This document shows positions 45,901 through 54,949 of a stretch of DNA of 64,000 bases, piece after piece. Position numbers and translations under genes: made by a program. The DNA lies in IMG/VR virus record IMGVR_UViG_3300030523_000005. One strand, given 5' to 3'. Numbering within the stretch: position 1 is the stretch's first letter; each line of letters begins with the position of its first letter. This DNA comes from a virus. Under the pieces are notes generated by a model, which saw only the letters and a program-made list of their open reading frames with translations, was not told where the DNA came from and made no database searches.

Positions 45901-46326
45901 CCGAAGAATGGCGCGCTGGCCGTAACCCTAGCGAATGACGACTGGAACAAGCTGGGCGGCGCGCTCTCTAACGGCCTGAAGAAGCTTACGGCTCACCCCA
46001 TGGGCTCCGGCTTTCACCGCTCCGTCTACGGCTACACGAGCCGCCAGCAGGTCGGCCAGGGCGTCGGCCTCGGTGAAACGCTCGTCACGTTCGGCGGCCG
46101 CGTCGGCAAAGACCCAGCCCAGCAAATGATCGAGAAGCTGGACGCGCAGGTGCACCAGTTGACGCAGCAGAACGCGGCTCTCACTGCGCTGCTCTCCGTC
46201 GCTGAGGAGGGGCGCGACGCCACCATGCGCGTCGGCGACCTGCTCGCGCGGCCACCCCGGTCCACGCCCGGTTCGGGCATCGGCAACCCCCTGCGCGTGC
46301 AGGGCCTCGCCACGGCGGTGCGTTAG
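42961..46326 (+). CDS. Tape measure protein (TP901-like)
   Basis: 1121 aa Ala/Gly-rich; TP901-type core (LGQGYMRATNLGY..NLGVPLDQVTAAL..IVNPA); hydrophobic middle. Confidence 0.92.
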   Translation: MSDLTSNLYLAIHARDLTGPGLLGASARLRSFGAIGALALTGVVAGSIKAASQFQGMTQSIANNTTMGQGGLDRMRKTILALGNDSNVPLDQLGQGYMRATNLGYGARDATDILTSAMKSAASTGSNTADTTNTLASVMHEFNLQGAAAAKTMDILHLASAQGNTTLEQFTTGGNKAIAMAANLGVPLDQVTAALSAMTRHGNIANASTTIVGMLSKIVNPAKSAQKELAKLTLSSGVDLLGDFTPAGLKAKGLTGILADLKAATGGNTQEIFRIIPALRGGQAAMILTGNGAKDYTGILSSLNGVTAKSGITAKAYAATQQTAQYAFGALGNKVHILAIQLGTQLLPYATMAAQWLGSHLTRAVSLVTSHVGQLGHAVQTVSGVIQHHTALIGLLAHGLTLAASIIGPMVLAYKGYTLAVKLAAAEQGALNFVMNMNPMVRVALVAAGLAGAVIYLYTHVKGFHDLVDQVWSFLSSNFGPILTSIAGTLKTALAAAVDYVHDHSKQWLDMLKNVWSFLSTTFGPILKTVAGILTTVLVVEIQATIDVVKALWSWGGTLVNFWKGSLQPAIGTVAGAFSGVLKKAVTDITTTIGSLWQKAHDLWDMLANVLKPAIKPVADVFTNVFGKALSGIADKIGGLISSFGSLLRMLGQKVSTYGLDQIKKTVDSIKAGDTGRGGSGAWGSGTTGVGAGAHHGAAGIPFLGPLRGLVEGRLRALSGDGGAIAPSQQVLGYHAGSGHHGLTAAQRTRAWDALHPPSKPKKGIVGGHNYNTDLTTAMNTYSDDMKLYRQGLISQTKILSDIAAIGKTEHAGRLTDTTARLRNDVNTANKLTTHHATVAAGIKARAAQTKQHHQQGIDLGALYQRDSMTLQTDMRDRNFTAARQVVAAMTSIKAALEIQYGVSKNQAAENARAWSDDQLSKIHSVATKPARADLSTLSGWVKHWRDLFMADKKAGNTGGELADLAKFKVADLAYQKALRPKNGALAVTLANDDWNKLGGALSNGLKKLTAHPMGSGFHRSVYGYTSRQQVGQGVGLGETLVTFGGRVGKDPAQQMIEKLDAQVHQLTQQNAALTALLSVAEEGRDATMRVGDLLARPPRSTPGSGIGNPLRVQGLATAVR

Positions 46327-47283
46327 ATGACCGCTCTCTATCCTGGCGACAGGGTTACCCAGTTCGGTGGCCTAGCCTTCTCAGGACGCGGCACGCCCCT
46401 GTCCGCGATCGGGCTGGAGCAGGCCGCGGACACGGCGCTCATCCCCTCGATGTCGTACCCGTATGACGTCCGAGGAGGGCAGCCCGGTCCCCTCAAGGAC
46501 TCATCGTTCTCGACGAGCGTGCTCCTAAAGGCCGGAGCGGCTCATGTCGGTCTCGCCGCCTACAGCGATGTCGAGAGTCAATTCGCTGCTATTCTCTCGG
46601 CGCTACAGGGCACATACACCTACGCGGGCGGACAGGTCTCGGGGCAGGTCGGCCAGCTCGTCGTGTTGCGCGCCGACGGCGTGAGCTACGCCGGGGCCTG
46701 GGCCAGGATCGCCAAGGTCGAACTGGCCCTGTTGCCGGGTCAGCATACGTACCACTACCTCTTGCCGTTGACCTGGACGCTGCTCTCGGACTTCACCGCC
46801 CTGGGGAGCGCGCCCGCGTTGCCCGCCTCGACGCCGGCCTCCGTCGTCGTGCCGTTCGGGCGCGTGGTGTCGCACGCCGTCGTCACGCTTGGCGGCGACG
46901 GGCTGCCGGTCAAGAGCATGACCTGGGAATGGCAGGGACAATACAACGTGCGGGCCGGAGCCGGGCGCTACCCCTTCGACCTACGTGGTGTCAGCCCATG
47001 TCAGCTTAAGACACCGACGGCGACGTGGGAAACCAGCATCGACGCCACGGCGGGAACGTACGGCCGCGCCGCGTACACCAGCGTCGAGAATCAGCTCAAC
47101 ACGATCCTGTCGGGTCTGGCCGCGACGCCACAGGGCGCTTTGGTCGTGCGACGCGCCGACAACGCAACGACGATGCAGTGTACGGCGCGGCTCACCAAGC
47201 CCGAGCTCGGGCTGAAGCCGGGCGCGAACACGCATAGCGTCACGCTTCCGTTGACGCTCAGTCTGTTGTCATCATTCGGTTAA
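46327..47283 (+). CDS. Distal tail (Dit)-like protein made of two tandem homologous domains
   Basis: Follows the tape measure; internal ~155-aa duplication. Confidence 0.6.
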   Translation: MTALYPGDRVTQFGGLAFSGRGTPLSAIGLEQAADTALIPSMSYPYDVRGGQPGPLKDSSFSTSVLLKAGAAHVGLAAYSDVESQFAAILSALQGTYTYAGGQVSGQVGQLVVLRADGVSYAGAWARIAKVELALLPGQHTYHYLLPLTWTLLSDFTALGSAPALPASTPASVVVPFGRVVSHAVVTLGGDGLPVKSMTWEWQGQYNVRAGAGRYPFDLRGVSPCQLKTPTATWETSIDATAGTYGRAAYTSVENQLNTILSGLAATPQGALVVRRADNATTMQCTARLTKPELGLKPGANTHSVTLPLTLSLLSSFG

Positions 47284-47308
47284 AGAAACGGAGAGGAAAA
47301 ACCAGACT

Positions 47309-48250
47309 ATGGGCAAAATCGCGGAGATCACCGTCCCGACCGGCGGGCAGGCCACCATTGACTTTACGGCTATCCCGGCGACCTATAAACACCTCGTGTT
47401 CACGCTATCGGCGCGGACGAATGGTGCGTATATCGATACGGACCTCGCGCTGACCGTCAATGGCGACACAAGCGCGAGCTATGACGACCAATATCTCTCG
47501 ACGACGGGCGCGTCCGGAGGCGGCAGCGCGGCGACAGGGGCCACGTCCGCGCGGGCGGGATTGACGGCCGGCGCGAACGCCGTGGCCGGTGTCTTTGCCG
47601 AAACGTCTATCGAAATCCTCAACTATGCCTCGACCACGTTCCGCAAGACGTGGCAGGTGGAAACGTTCGACCATGGGAACGACGCCGGCAATGGGTTCAA
47701 AATCATCGAGTCGGGTCAATGGCGCAACACCGCCGCGATCACACGTCTGACGCTGACGCCCCCATCCGGCTCTTTTGTCGTCGGGACCGTCGCCACGCTC
47801 TACGGCGTGGATCCGCTCACCGCCCCCGGCGCCGGCTTCCTCCTCGCGCACAACACCAACGCGGCCAGTGGCGTCATCCAGGTTGGCGCCGACACGACCG
47901 AGACGATCATCACCGGCCTGGACGTGACCCTCGCCGGGGCGGCTACCGCCGCGCCCATCCCCCTCAACTGGAATGTGTGGATATCGCAGAGCCATAGCGG
48001 CGTCGTCAAAGGCTGCGCGCTGCGGCTGCGGCGCACCAACGCCGCCGGCGCGCTGCTGGCGTCGCTGGCGCTGGGCGATCCCGGCGGTGATAGCGTGGCG
48101 GGACATCAGCAGCAGTGGAGGGACACGCTGTTCGATGATAGCCCGACCGATGGGCACTATGTGATGACAATCCAGAACACGCAAGCGGTCGGCTCGACGT
48201 TCTACAGCGACACGCATCAGCTATGGCTGTTCGCGGCGAGCGCGTCGTAA
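47309..48250 (+). CDS. Minor tail protein
   Basis: IDFTAIPATYKHL..GQWRNTAAITRLTL..ATLYGV domain typical of phage tail proteins. Confidence 0.6.
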   Translation: MGKIAEITVPTGGQATIDFTAIPATYKHLVFTLSARTNGAYIDTDLALTVNGDTSASYDDQYLSTTGASGGGSAATGATSARAGLTAGANAVAGVFAETSIEILNYASTTFRKTWQVETFDHGNDAGNGFKIIESGQWRNTAAITRLTLTPPSGSFVVGTVATLYGVDPLTAPGAGFLLAHNTNAASGVIQVGADTTETIITGLDVTLAGAATAAPIPLNWNVWISQSHSGVVKGCALRLRRTNAAGALLASLALGDPGGDSVAGHQQQWRDTLFDDSPTDGHYVMTIQNTQAVGSTFYSDTHQLWLFAASAS

Positions 48251-48256
48251 CCGCGC

Positions 48257-51200
48257 ATGTCCTCTCTGCTGCTGCTCCTCGCCACGGAGCGCGCCGCGTC
48301 GACCGCCGCGCCGCCGCCGGTGTCTATCGGCCACCTCGTCGCTACGCCCGCGTCTGTCACGTTCGCGGCGACGCAAACCGGGGCGGCCGCGCCCGACCAA
48401 ACGCTCACGCTCTCCAACACGGGGACGGCGGCGCTCGCTCTCTCTGGCGTCACTATTGGCGGCACGAACGCGGCCGACTTCTCGCTGGGCGTTCTGCCCG
48501 CGACCATCGCGGCCGGGGCCAGCGCCACCCTGACGATCCACTGTACGCCGGCGGCGACCGGCGCCCGATCAGCGGCGCTCTCCATCGCGCATAATGGCGA
48601 CAACTCACCGACGGCCGTCCCGCTCGCGGCCACGGGCGTCGCGCCGGCCTACCTCACCGTCGCCCCGGCGGCGCTCACCTTCCCCACCACGCGCCTGCCG
48701 GGTACGTCTACGCTGACCCTGACGCTGACCAACACCGGCGGCGAGCCGCTGACCTACAGCACGGCGCTCTCGGGCCTGGCCGCGTCCGATTACACCATCC
48801 CCACGGCGGGGAGCGGGACCATCGCGGCCGGCGCGCTGACGACGCTCCCCGTCGCCTTCACCCCCACGCAGGCCGGATCACGCCCGGCCACGCTGACCAT
48901 CACGGACAACGCGTCGGACGGCCCCACGACGGCTGTCTCCCTGACAGGGACAGGGCAGCTCCCCGCCGGCGCGTTCGCGCCCTACGCGCGGCTGATCGAC
49001 ATCCGCTCCGGCGCCGTCGTCGCGACCACCACGCATGTGGCCGGCTTCAGTCGCACGATGACTCTGGACGCGCCGCTCACCGGCACGCTCTCCGTGCCCG
49101 CCTCCGACCCCGGCGCGGCGACCGCATCGAGCGGCACGAGCTTCGGCCAGGCGGCGCTGCAAGCGGCCGGGACCGACGATGGGACCGCGCCTGTCCCCAC
49201 CATCGTCGAGGTCGGCGTGTCCGGCCCCAGCGGCGCCATCGCCATGCGGCTCAGAGTAACCGCCGTCACGCGCTCCTACAAAGACGGCGCGCCCCTGATC
49301 GACATCACCGGCGAAGGCCCCTTGGCGGGCTACGCCGGCGTCGTGATCGCGCACGCCTACTACCCCGGCTGCCAGCTCTCGGATGTCCTGGACGCGACGC
49401 CCGGTACGATTGTGCCCGTCGCCGCGGGGACCGCCGGCTTTCTCTCGCCGAACGGGGCCATTCCCTACCTCGGTGGCCTCTTTGCGCGCGCGCCCGGCCT
49501 GCCGGGGTGGGCGGGCAAGGCGCTACTCGCCGTCACGCCGTCCGTGGACGCGTCGATCGCGGGGATCTCGACCAACCTGGAGACGCGGGGCGACACCACG
49601 CTCCGCGCGCTGGAGGCGGCGACGAAGCGCATGGCCGGCGACTACATCGCCGGCGACGCCTACCCCATCGGCTACCGCGGTCATTACTACGAGGACGCGG
49701 CCAGCCTCTCAGCGGCGAGCAACGGCGTCGTCGTCGGGACCATCGGCGGTAGCCCGGCGTCAGGCTTCACCCTGGACGGCAACGGCTCGACGGCGGTCGA
49801 TGAGACGGTGATGGCGCGCATCGTCGAGGCGTCGATCGAGACCAACAACGCTGACACCTACGGCCAGGCCCTCTTCACCGGCGGCAAGAGCAACGCCGGT
49901 TTGCCCGATGGCGCGACGATCACCGGCCTGGGGCTGCTCAATCCCATCGGTAGCGGCGACCGGACCGACTACACGACCTGCCTGCCCATTATCAGCTACC
50001 AGACGGAGGATAAGACCGGCGGCGTCGCGTTCTTCAACAACGACGGCGTACTCAGGCCGCTCTTGACCGGCGCCGGGCCGGTCTATAGCCTGTACGTGGA
50101 CACGACCGGGTCGACGATCTACATTGGGACCGCCGACGGCGTGCTCTCCCGGAGCAGTGACGTGCGGGCCGTGCACGCGTGGACGCCGGTGGGGACGCTG
50201 CACGCACGGGTGGTGCGCCTGGCCGTGCAGCGCGACAACGCCGCCGGCGTGCACCTGTTCGCGCAGGCCCAACCGAAGGATCTCAACCTGCACGGCATCT
50301 ACAGCTACATTGCCGGCGCACCGGGACTGCAGGGCGGGGGCTACGACGGCTGGGCGCCGGCCGTGGTCGGCGCGCATGTCCAATCCTTCGTGATGACGGA
50401 CTACCGGACTGCCTGGGTCCTGCTCGACAACGACCAGGGCCGCATCCACCAGGTCGGCCTGGGCGGCGGCTCGTCCACGCCCATGACGCCCTATGCCCTC
50501 CCGGCCGGGGTGCGGGCCTTCGCGCTCGACCGTGTGATCACCGCCGGCGACGGGTCACACCCGCCCCAGGATAGTATTTGGGCGATGACGAAAGGCGATA
50601 GCCAGAGCGCCTACATGCTGGTACGCAACGGCACGACGTGGGGGCCGTTCGCCCCGGCCGACGCCGACGGCTCGCTCGCCGCGGCGGCCGGGGGCGCGGA
50701 GCCCACCATCAATGGCGCCGTGGGCCTGGGTGTCACCGTCGGCGGTCAGTACACCAGTGTCTTCGTCTCGACGAGTCAGGGATTGTACTGGAGCCCCACG
50801 CTCGACGGGAAGGGCTGGAAAAGCGCCTGCGGCCTGAACGGCCTGGCGGGCGTGTCCATCGCGGGCGTCGCGGCCGGGCAGTACCAGGCGCTCCAGGGCG
50901 CGCTTGAGACACGCTTCTTCGCCTACAACCCCAAGCAGTTCTTCTACTCGAGCTCCGACGCGCGCTACTGGCGCGATCTGACCAAGGAGGAGGTGTCGCT
51001 GGGCGTCTGGTTCGCGGACCTGGCGCGGCGGGCCAGCGGCGATCTGCCCTCGAACGCCGTGATCACGATTGGCCCGATGGCGTCCTCGCCCATCGGCAAC
51101 CCGGCCAACACGCACATCCAGGCCACCGGGGCAAACCAGGACCTGCCCGCTGACTGGTACTGGCAACGCACGCTCGACGACTGCCTCGACTGGCAGTACC

Positions 51201-51685
51201 GCCTGGTCAACCCGGACGCCTCGACCGACGCCTGCCTCGCCTCCGGCCTCTCTGACTTACAGACCAATACGGCCGTGACACCGCTCCGGGCCTCGGGCGA
51301 CGTGGCCCGCGTGGCCCGCCGCTGGCTCTCCGAGAACAGCGTGCCCGGCCGCACGCTCAAGGCCAGGTGCCCGCTGACGCGCCAGGAGGCGGCGCTGTGG
51401 GCCGTGCGGCCGGGCATGCTGCTGCCCGTCAACCTCCAGGACACGATCAATCAGCTAGCGGCCGACGGGGCGAGCATCGTGGGGACACAGGTCGTGCACA
51501 TGGTCAACGCCTTGTGGTGGGTCATCGAGGCCACGATCACGCTCGACGAGTCGGGAGGGAGTTTGGCCTACGCCGACCTCACGCTCTCGACCGTGCTCAG
51601 GAAGGACAAGACGACGCCCCAGGATATAGCGGCCGGATTGCAAGACCAGATCAAGTCGCTCAACTCATTCGGCGCGAAAGGGTAA
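48257..51685 (+). CDS. Baseplate/tail-tip protein: two Ig-like (choice-of-anchor D-like) repeats, hub-like region, beta-propeller-like insert
   Basis: Repeated LTLSNTGTAAL..DF/Y..IAAG..F.P..G.R.A.L.I..N; Gly/Trp/Ser-rich propeller-like blades. Confidence 0.7.
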   Translation: MSSLLLLLATERAASTAAPPPVSIGHLVATPASVTFAATQTGAAAPDQTLTLSNTGTAALALSGVTIGGTNAADFSLGVLPATIAAGASATLTIHCTPAATGARSAALSIAHNGDNSPTAVPLAATGVAPAYLTVAPAALTFPTTRLPGTSTLTLTLTNTGGEPLTYSTALSGLAASDYTIPTAGSGTIAAGALTTLPVAFTPTQAGSRPATLTITDNASDGPTTAVSLTGTGQLPAGAFAPYARLIDIRSGAVVATTTHVAGFSRTMTLDAPLTGTLSVPASDPGAATASSGTSFGQAALQAAGTDDGTAPVPTIVEVGVSGPSGAIAMRLRVTAVTRSYKDGAPLIDITGEGPLAGYAGVVIAHAYYPGCQLSDVLDATPGTIVPVAAGTAGFLSPNGAIPYLGGLFARAPGLPGWAGKALLAVTPSVDASIAGISTNLETRGDTTLRALEAATKRMAGDYIAGDAYPIGYRGHYYEDAASLSAASNGVVVGTIGGSPASGFTLDGNGSTAVDETVMARIVEASIETNNADTYGQALFTGGKSNAGLPDGATITGLGLLNPIGSGDRTDYTTCLPIISYQTEDKTGGVAFFNNDGVLRPLLTGAGPVYSLYVDTTGSTIYIGTADGVLSRSSDVRAVHAWTPVGTLHARVVRLAVQRDNAAGVHLFAQAQPKDLNLHGIYSYIAGAPGLQGGGYDGWAPAVVGAHVQSFVMTDYRTAWVLLDNDQGRIHQVGLGGGSSTPMTPYALPAGVRAFALDRVITAGDGSHPPQDSIWAMTKGDSQSAYMLVRNGTTWGPFAPADADGSLAAAAGGAEPTINGAVGLGVTVGGQYTSVFVSTSQGLYWSPTLDGKGWKSACGLNGLAGVSIAGVAAGQYQALQGALETRFFAYNPKQFFYSSSDARYWRDLTKEEVSLGVWFADLARRASGDLPSNAVITIGPMASSPIGNPANTHIQATGANQDLPADWYWQRTLDDCLDWQYRLVNPDASTDACLASGLSDLQTNTAVTPLRASGDVARVARRWLSENSVPGRTLKARCPLTRQEAALWAVRPGMLLPVNLQDTINQLAADGASIVGTQVVHMVNALWWVIEATITLDESGGSLAYADLTLSTVLRKDKTTPQDIAAGLQDQIKSLNSFGAKG

Positions 51686-51692
51686 CGGACGC

Positions 51693-52844
51693 ATGGCAAC
51701 CACCATCATCCAGACGTTCGCCTTGTCCGGGCATATCATCGAGGACACCGGCAACCTTGTGCGGGTGGGGCCGGAGAGCGCCGCCCAGTTTTTGCGCGTG
51801 CGCGACGCCACGGTGACATACCAGGTTACGACCGGCGGGCCGATCTACACCGATACCGTACCGGGCCTGCAAGCGGCCGTCGTCTACGGCTCATCGCCAG
51901 CGGTGACGACGGTGGACGCGCGGGTGGCGCGCTACGTCACGTTCATCGTGCCCGCGTATGGCGGCACAGCGCCTTTGCAGGTGGCGACCGAGGGGGCGTA
52001 CAACTACATCGCGCAGCAGGGGTACGTCATCCCGCTGGATATCTGTTTTTTGCAGCACTGGCACTATTATCAGAATACGGGCGGCGTGGTGTTGCCACCG
52101 CCGGGCGGATCATGGCTCGGCGGGGCCAGCCTGGGCGCGTTCGATACACGGAGTTGGCAAGGAGGAGGCAGCGTGTCAGGGATCGCCATCAGCTACGGCA
52201 CCAATAACGTCGATAGGCACGGTCTGGCCGCCGGCGTTTTCTTTAAGTTCCCCAGCGCCCCAACGGGAGACATGACCCTGCTCGACTTCAACACGGGCGC
52301 GAATGGCTTTCTGCGCGTGAAACTGGGCACGACCCTCGCCGTGACGATGGAGTTGAGCATAACGAGTCTGGGGGCCGGGTCGGTCGCTGCCGTGCAGCCC
52401 AACATCCTCCTGCCTAACACCTGGTACTGGCTGGCGGTGGGCATGGATAAGACCAGCAACGCGCCAGGTAACCCCGCCTGCCAGGTGACGGGTCCGGGCG
52501 GGACCATCATGGGCAACGGCGAGATCGCCGTGAGCAACTACTTTGTCGCCTACACCAGCGTCGTCGCGGTGGGCGTGCCCTCGTCCAGCGCGTACCTGGC
52601 CTGGCCCAATGCGAGCGGATGGGCCATGAGCAAGTTCCGCATGAGCGGGAATACGCCCTTTACATCACCCACCTATCTGCCCGTGTCGAGCGCGGATATC
52701 GCGGGCGACACGATAGACCTGATGGGGCGGGACGGTATCGGCGCGCAGACCCAACTCCTTGACACAAGCGGGTCATCTCCCGCGAACAACCTGAGCGCCG
52801 GCGCTCAGGGCCTGACCGTCCTCGCGGCTGGACCGTACGCCTAA
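51693..52844 (+). CDS. Receptor-binding/tail fibre protein with LamG-like domain
   Basis: Last tail gene; LLPNTWYWLAVG resembles the concanavalin-like fold. Confidence 0.55.
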   Translation: MATTIIQTFALSGHIIEDTGNLVRVGPESAAQFLRVRDATVTYQVTTGGPIYTDTVPGLQAAVVYGSSPAVTTVDARVARYVTFIVPAYGGTAPLQVATEGAYNYIAQQGYVIPLDICFLQHWHYYQNTGGVVLPPPGGSWLGGASLGAFDTRSWQGGGSVSGIAISYGTNNVDRHGLAAGVFFKFPSAPTGDMTLLDFNTGANGFLRVKLGTTLAVTMELSITSLGAGSVAAVQPNILLPNTWYWLAVGMDKTSNAPGNPACQVTGPGGTIMGNGEIAVSNYFVAYTSVVAVGVPSSSAYLAWPNASGWAMSKFRMSGNTPFTSPTYLPVSSADIAGDTIDLMGRDGIGAQTQLLDTSGSSPANNLSAGAQGLTVLAAGPYA

Positions 52845-54195
52845 CGCCCCGGCCATCGCACAGGGGGCCGCAGCCTCCGCTGAGGCTGTCACGCTCCACG
52901 CCCGGCCCGCCCTGGCCGCCGCTCACGGTCGATCCGGCAGCCGGTTCGTATGATCTCCAGTACCTGTGCCGCGACGGGCTGGGCACGGAAGCCAATCTGG
53001 TAGATTTGGGCAAACCCGGTCTCAATCTGCCGGCGTCGTCCGTTGGGCTGACGGTGGTGGCGGCGGGGCCGTACGCGTGACGGAGAGGGATAAGGAAGCC
53101 AAGGGGAAAGTGACGGCGTTTAAGACGCATGAAGGGGGCTTCCACATAGCGCCAACTGAGCACGGCGAATGGCACGGTCACGACGATGCTGGCGACGGCC
53201 AGAGGGACAGGGCCAAGGCGCGCGACGCCGACGAGGACCAGGATCTGCATGACGGGCCACCCGTAGATATATAAACCGTAGCTGATGTCACCATAGCGCT
53301 CGATATGCCGTAGGGGTAACCGCAGCGCCAGCCACAGAACCGTGTAGGGGACGGCAAGGGGCAGCACGAGCAATGGTGCCCCCACCAAAGACGCGAAGAG
53401 GACGCCAAGCGTCGCACACACAAAGAAGGCGGGCCGCACGACGATGCGGCGGCGATACGCGTAATACGTCGCGCCGGCGAAGAAATAAGAAGCTTGCAGC
53501 ATGAAAACATCAGGCCCGAACCACCAGCGAACGGCCGCGACGAGCGGGATCGCATCCATCTGGTGTGGCGCATTGATGTAGAGGAGCAGGATCACGAACG
53601 CAAAAGGGTAGATCAACGGGGCGCGTAGACGACGGACGCACCAGCCCAGGACGGCAAGGAGGATATAGCACTTGCCTTCGTTCGCCAACGTCCAGAGCGC
53701 CCCGTTGACGAAAAACCCTTCGGGCAGGTGCGCGAAGATACCGGCGATACCCGTTTGCCGCATATCTAGCCAGGCGTTAGATGTGAGATACGAGAGGGGA
53801 CGGTCAACCGGATACGTGACATACCCAGCGAGCGACCAGCGCTCGATGATCCAGACGAGCGGCCCAACACCGCACACCATAACAACGAGGCAGATCCAGA
53901 AGCCGGGCATGATGCGCAGGGCGCGGTGCCAGAGGAAGTGCAGGGGATTGTCCGTGCGCTCGTAGCTACGCGTGACAAGGAAGCCGCTCAGAAAAAAGAA
54001 CATCGCGACGGCGAGGGCTCCCAGGTTGTCGCGTAGAGCGCGCGTGATAGGATCGAAACCAAAACCGCCGAGGGGGTAGGCGTGCGTGTAGATGACGACA
54101 AGGGCGCATGTAAGGCGCAGGAAGCCTACCGCGTTGTTGCGTGCGTCTAGCTCATTGTCGTCGATGCCCTTTTTTACTGACATACCCCTCCCCAT
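52660..54195 (-). CDS. Acyltransferase-3 family (OafA-like) O-acyltransferase moron with read-through C-terminal tail
   Basis: LRLTCALVV..H, AVAMFFFLSGFLV, RALRIMP, NGALWTLANE, GDISYGLYIY, SWRYVEAPF; about 10 TMs. Confidence 0.88.
   Translation of the reverse strand: MGRGMSVKKGIDDNELDARNNAVGFLRLTCALVVIYTHAYPLGGFGFDPITRALRDNLGALAVAMFFFLSGFLVTRSYERTDNPLHFLWHRALRIMPGFWICLVVMVCGVGPLVWIIERWSLAGYVTYPVDRPLSYLTSNAWLDMRQTGIAGIFAHLPEGFFVNGALWTLANEGKCYILLAVLGWCVRRLRAPLIYPFAFVILLLYINAPHQMDAIPLVAAVRWWFGPDVFMLQASYFFAGATYYAYRRRIVVRPAFFVCATLGVLFASLVGAPLLVLPLAVPYTVLWLALRLPLRHIERYGDISYGLYIYGWPVMQILVLVGVARLGPVPLAVASIVVTVPFAVLSWRYVEAPFMRLKRRHFPLGFLIPLRHAYGPAATTVSPTDDAGRLRPGLPKSTRLASVPSPSRHRYWRSYEPAAGSTVSGGQGGPGVERDSLSGGCGPLCDGRGVRRTVQPRGRSGPERRRSGCSREMTRLCQGVGSARRYRPAPSGLSCRPRYPRSTRADRWVM
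52880..53080 (+). pseudogene. Relic C-terminus of an alternative allele of the 51693 tail protein
   Basis: Translates LRLSRSTP..LCRDGLGTEANLVD..GLTVVAAGPYA-stop versus FRMSGNTP..MGRDGIGAQTQLLD..GLTVLAAGPYA-stop; no start codon. Confidence 0.75.
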
Positions 54196-54536
54196 GGTGA
54201 TCCTCACTCCTGTCCTATCCTCGTCTATTCGCCTTCCACCCACTACCCCCGAACAGCTACTCTCGCCACCCCCAACCGGCTACTCTCCACGCCTGACCCC
54301 TTGCCCCGCGCGCCCGCCTGGCCGACCATCAGCCTGACGCTCTATCAGTGGACAGCGCTGACGAGAGCGCCCGGCCCCTTGCCCGCGCCCCTGTCCTGAC
54401 CGATCATGGGCCTGGACAGGGGCGCGCCTCACGCCCCTGTCCCCTGGCAGGCGTGAGCGCGCCCCGCGCCTCTGTTCTCTCACCGCCCGGCGTGTCGCGC
54501 GGCACGGCCCCGCGCAGGAAGGATCGCTTTCCCCTC

Positions 54537-54947
54537 ATGGCTCATCTCTATGTCACCATCGCCGTGTACGGCTTCATCTACGGCATCATCACGCGCCTGA
54601 CCAGGCTGCACTATCAGCACGGCCCGGCCGTGATCAGCTTCTACACGTTTACCTCGATCAGCGTGTACATCCTGGCCTGGTCCCACGTCGCCGGGAACGA
54701 CCCCTATGCCCGCGTGTGGGTCCATGACGCGCCCCTGGGGGTCATCACGGCGGCCGTCCTGAGCGTCTTCATGTGGCTCGGCAAGACGGCGACCCGCGTC
54801 ACGCTCTATGGGTGGGCGCATCGGCACAGCGCCGGCTCGCTGCGCCTCGAACTCGACCTTGGCCCGGAGCGCGCGCGCGGCGCCGCCGCGCGCGCGCTCC
54901 GGGCCCACGGCGACCACAACGAGCGCGCGCGGCCAGGGGTGGACTAA
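54537..54947 (+). CDS. Membrane protein (lysis region, holin-like)
   Basis: Three TM segments; AGGAAGG RBS. Confidence 0.5.
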   Translation: MAHLYVTIAVYGFIYGIITRLTRLHYQHGPAVISFYTFTSISVYILAWSHVAGNDPYARVWVHDAPLGVITAAVLSVFMWLGKTATRVTLYGWAHRHSAGSLRLELDLGPERARGAAARALRAHGDHNERARPGVD

Positions 54948-54949
54948 CT

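Noticed and set aside
41316-51685. Contractile tail or type VI-like system
   Set aside because: No sheath or baseplate-wedge genes recognised; long tape measure and tube-chaperone layout indicate a siphovirus
52640-53080. DGR-like template/variable repeat pair at the tail-fibre C-terminus
   Set aside because: Differences between the two copies are extensive and not adenine-specific, and no reverse transcriptase is encoded in the window
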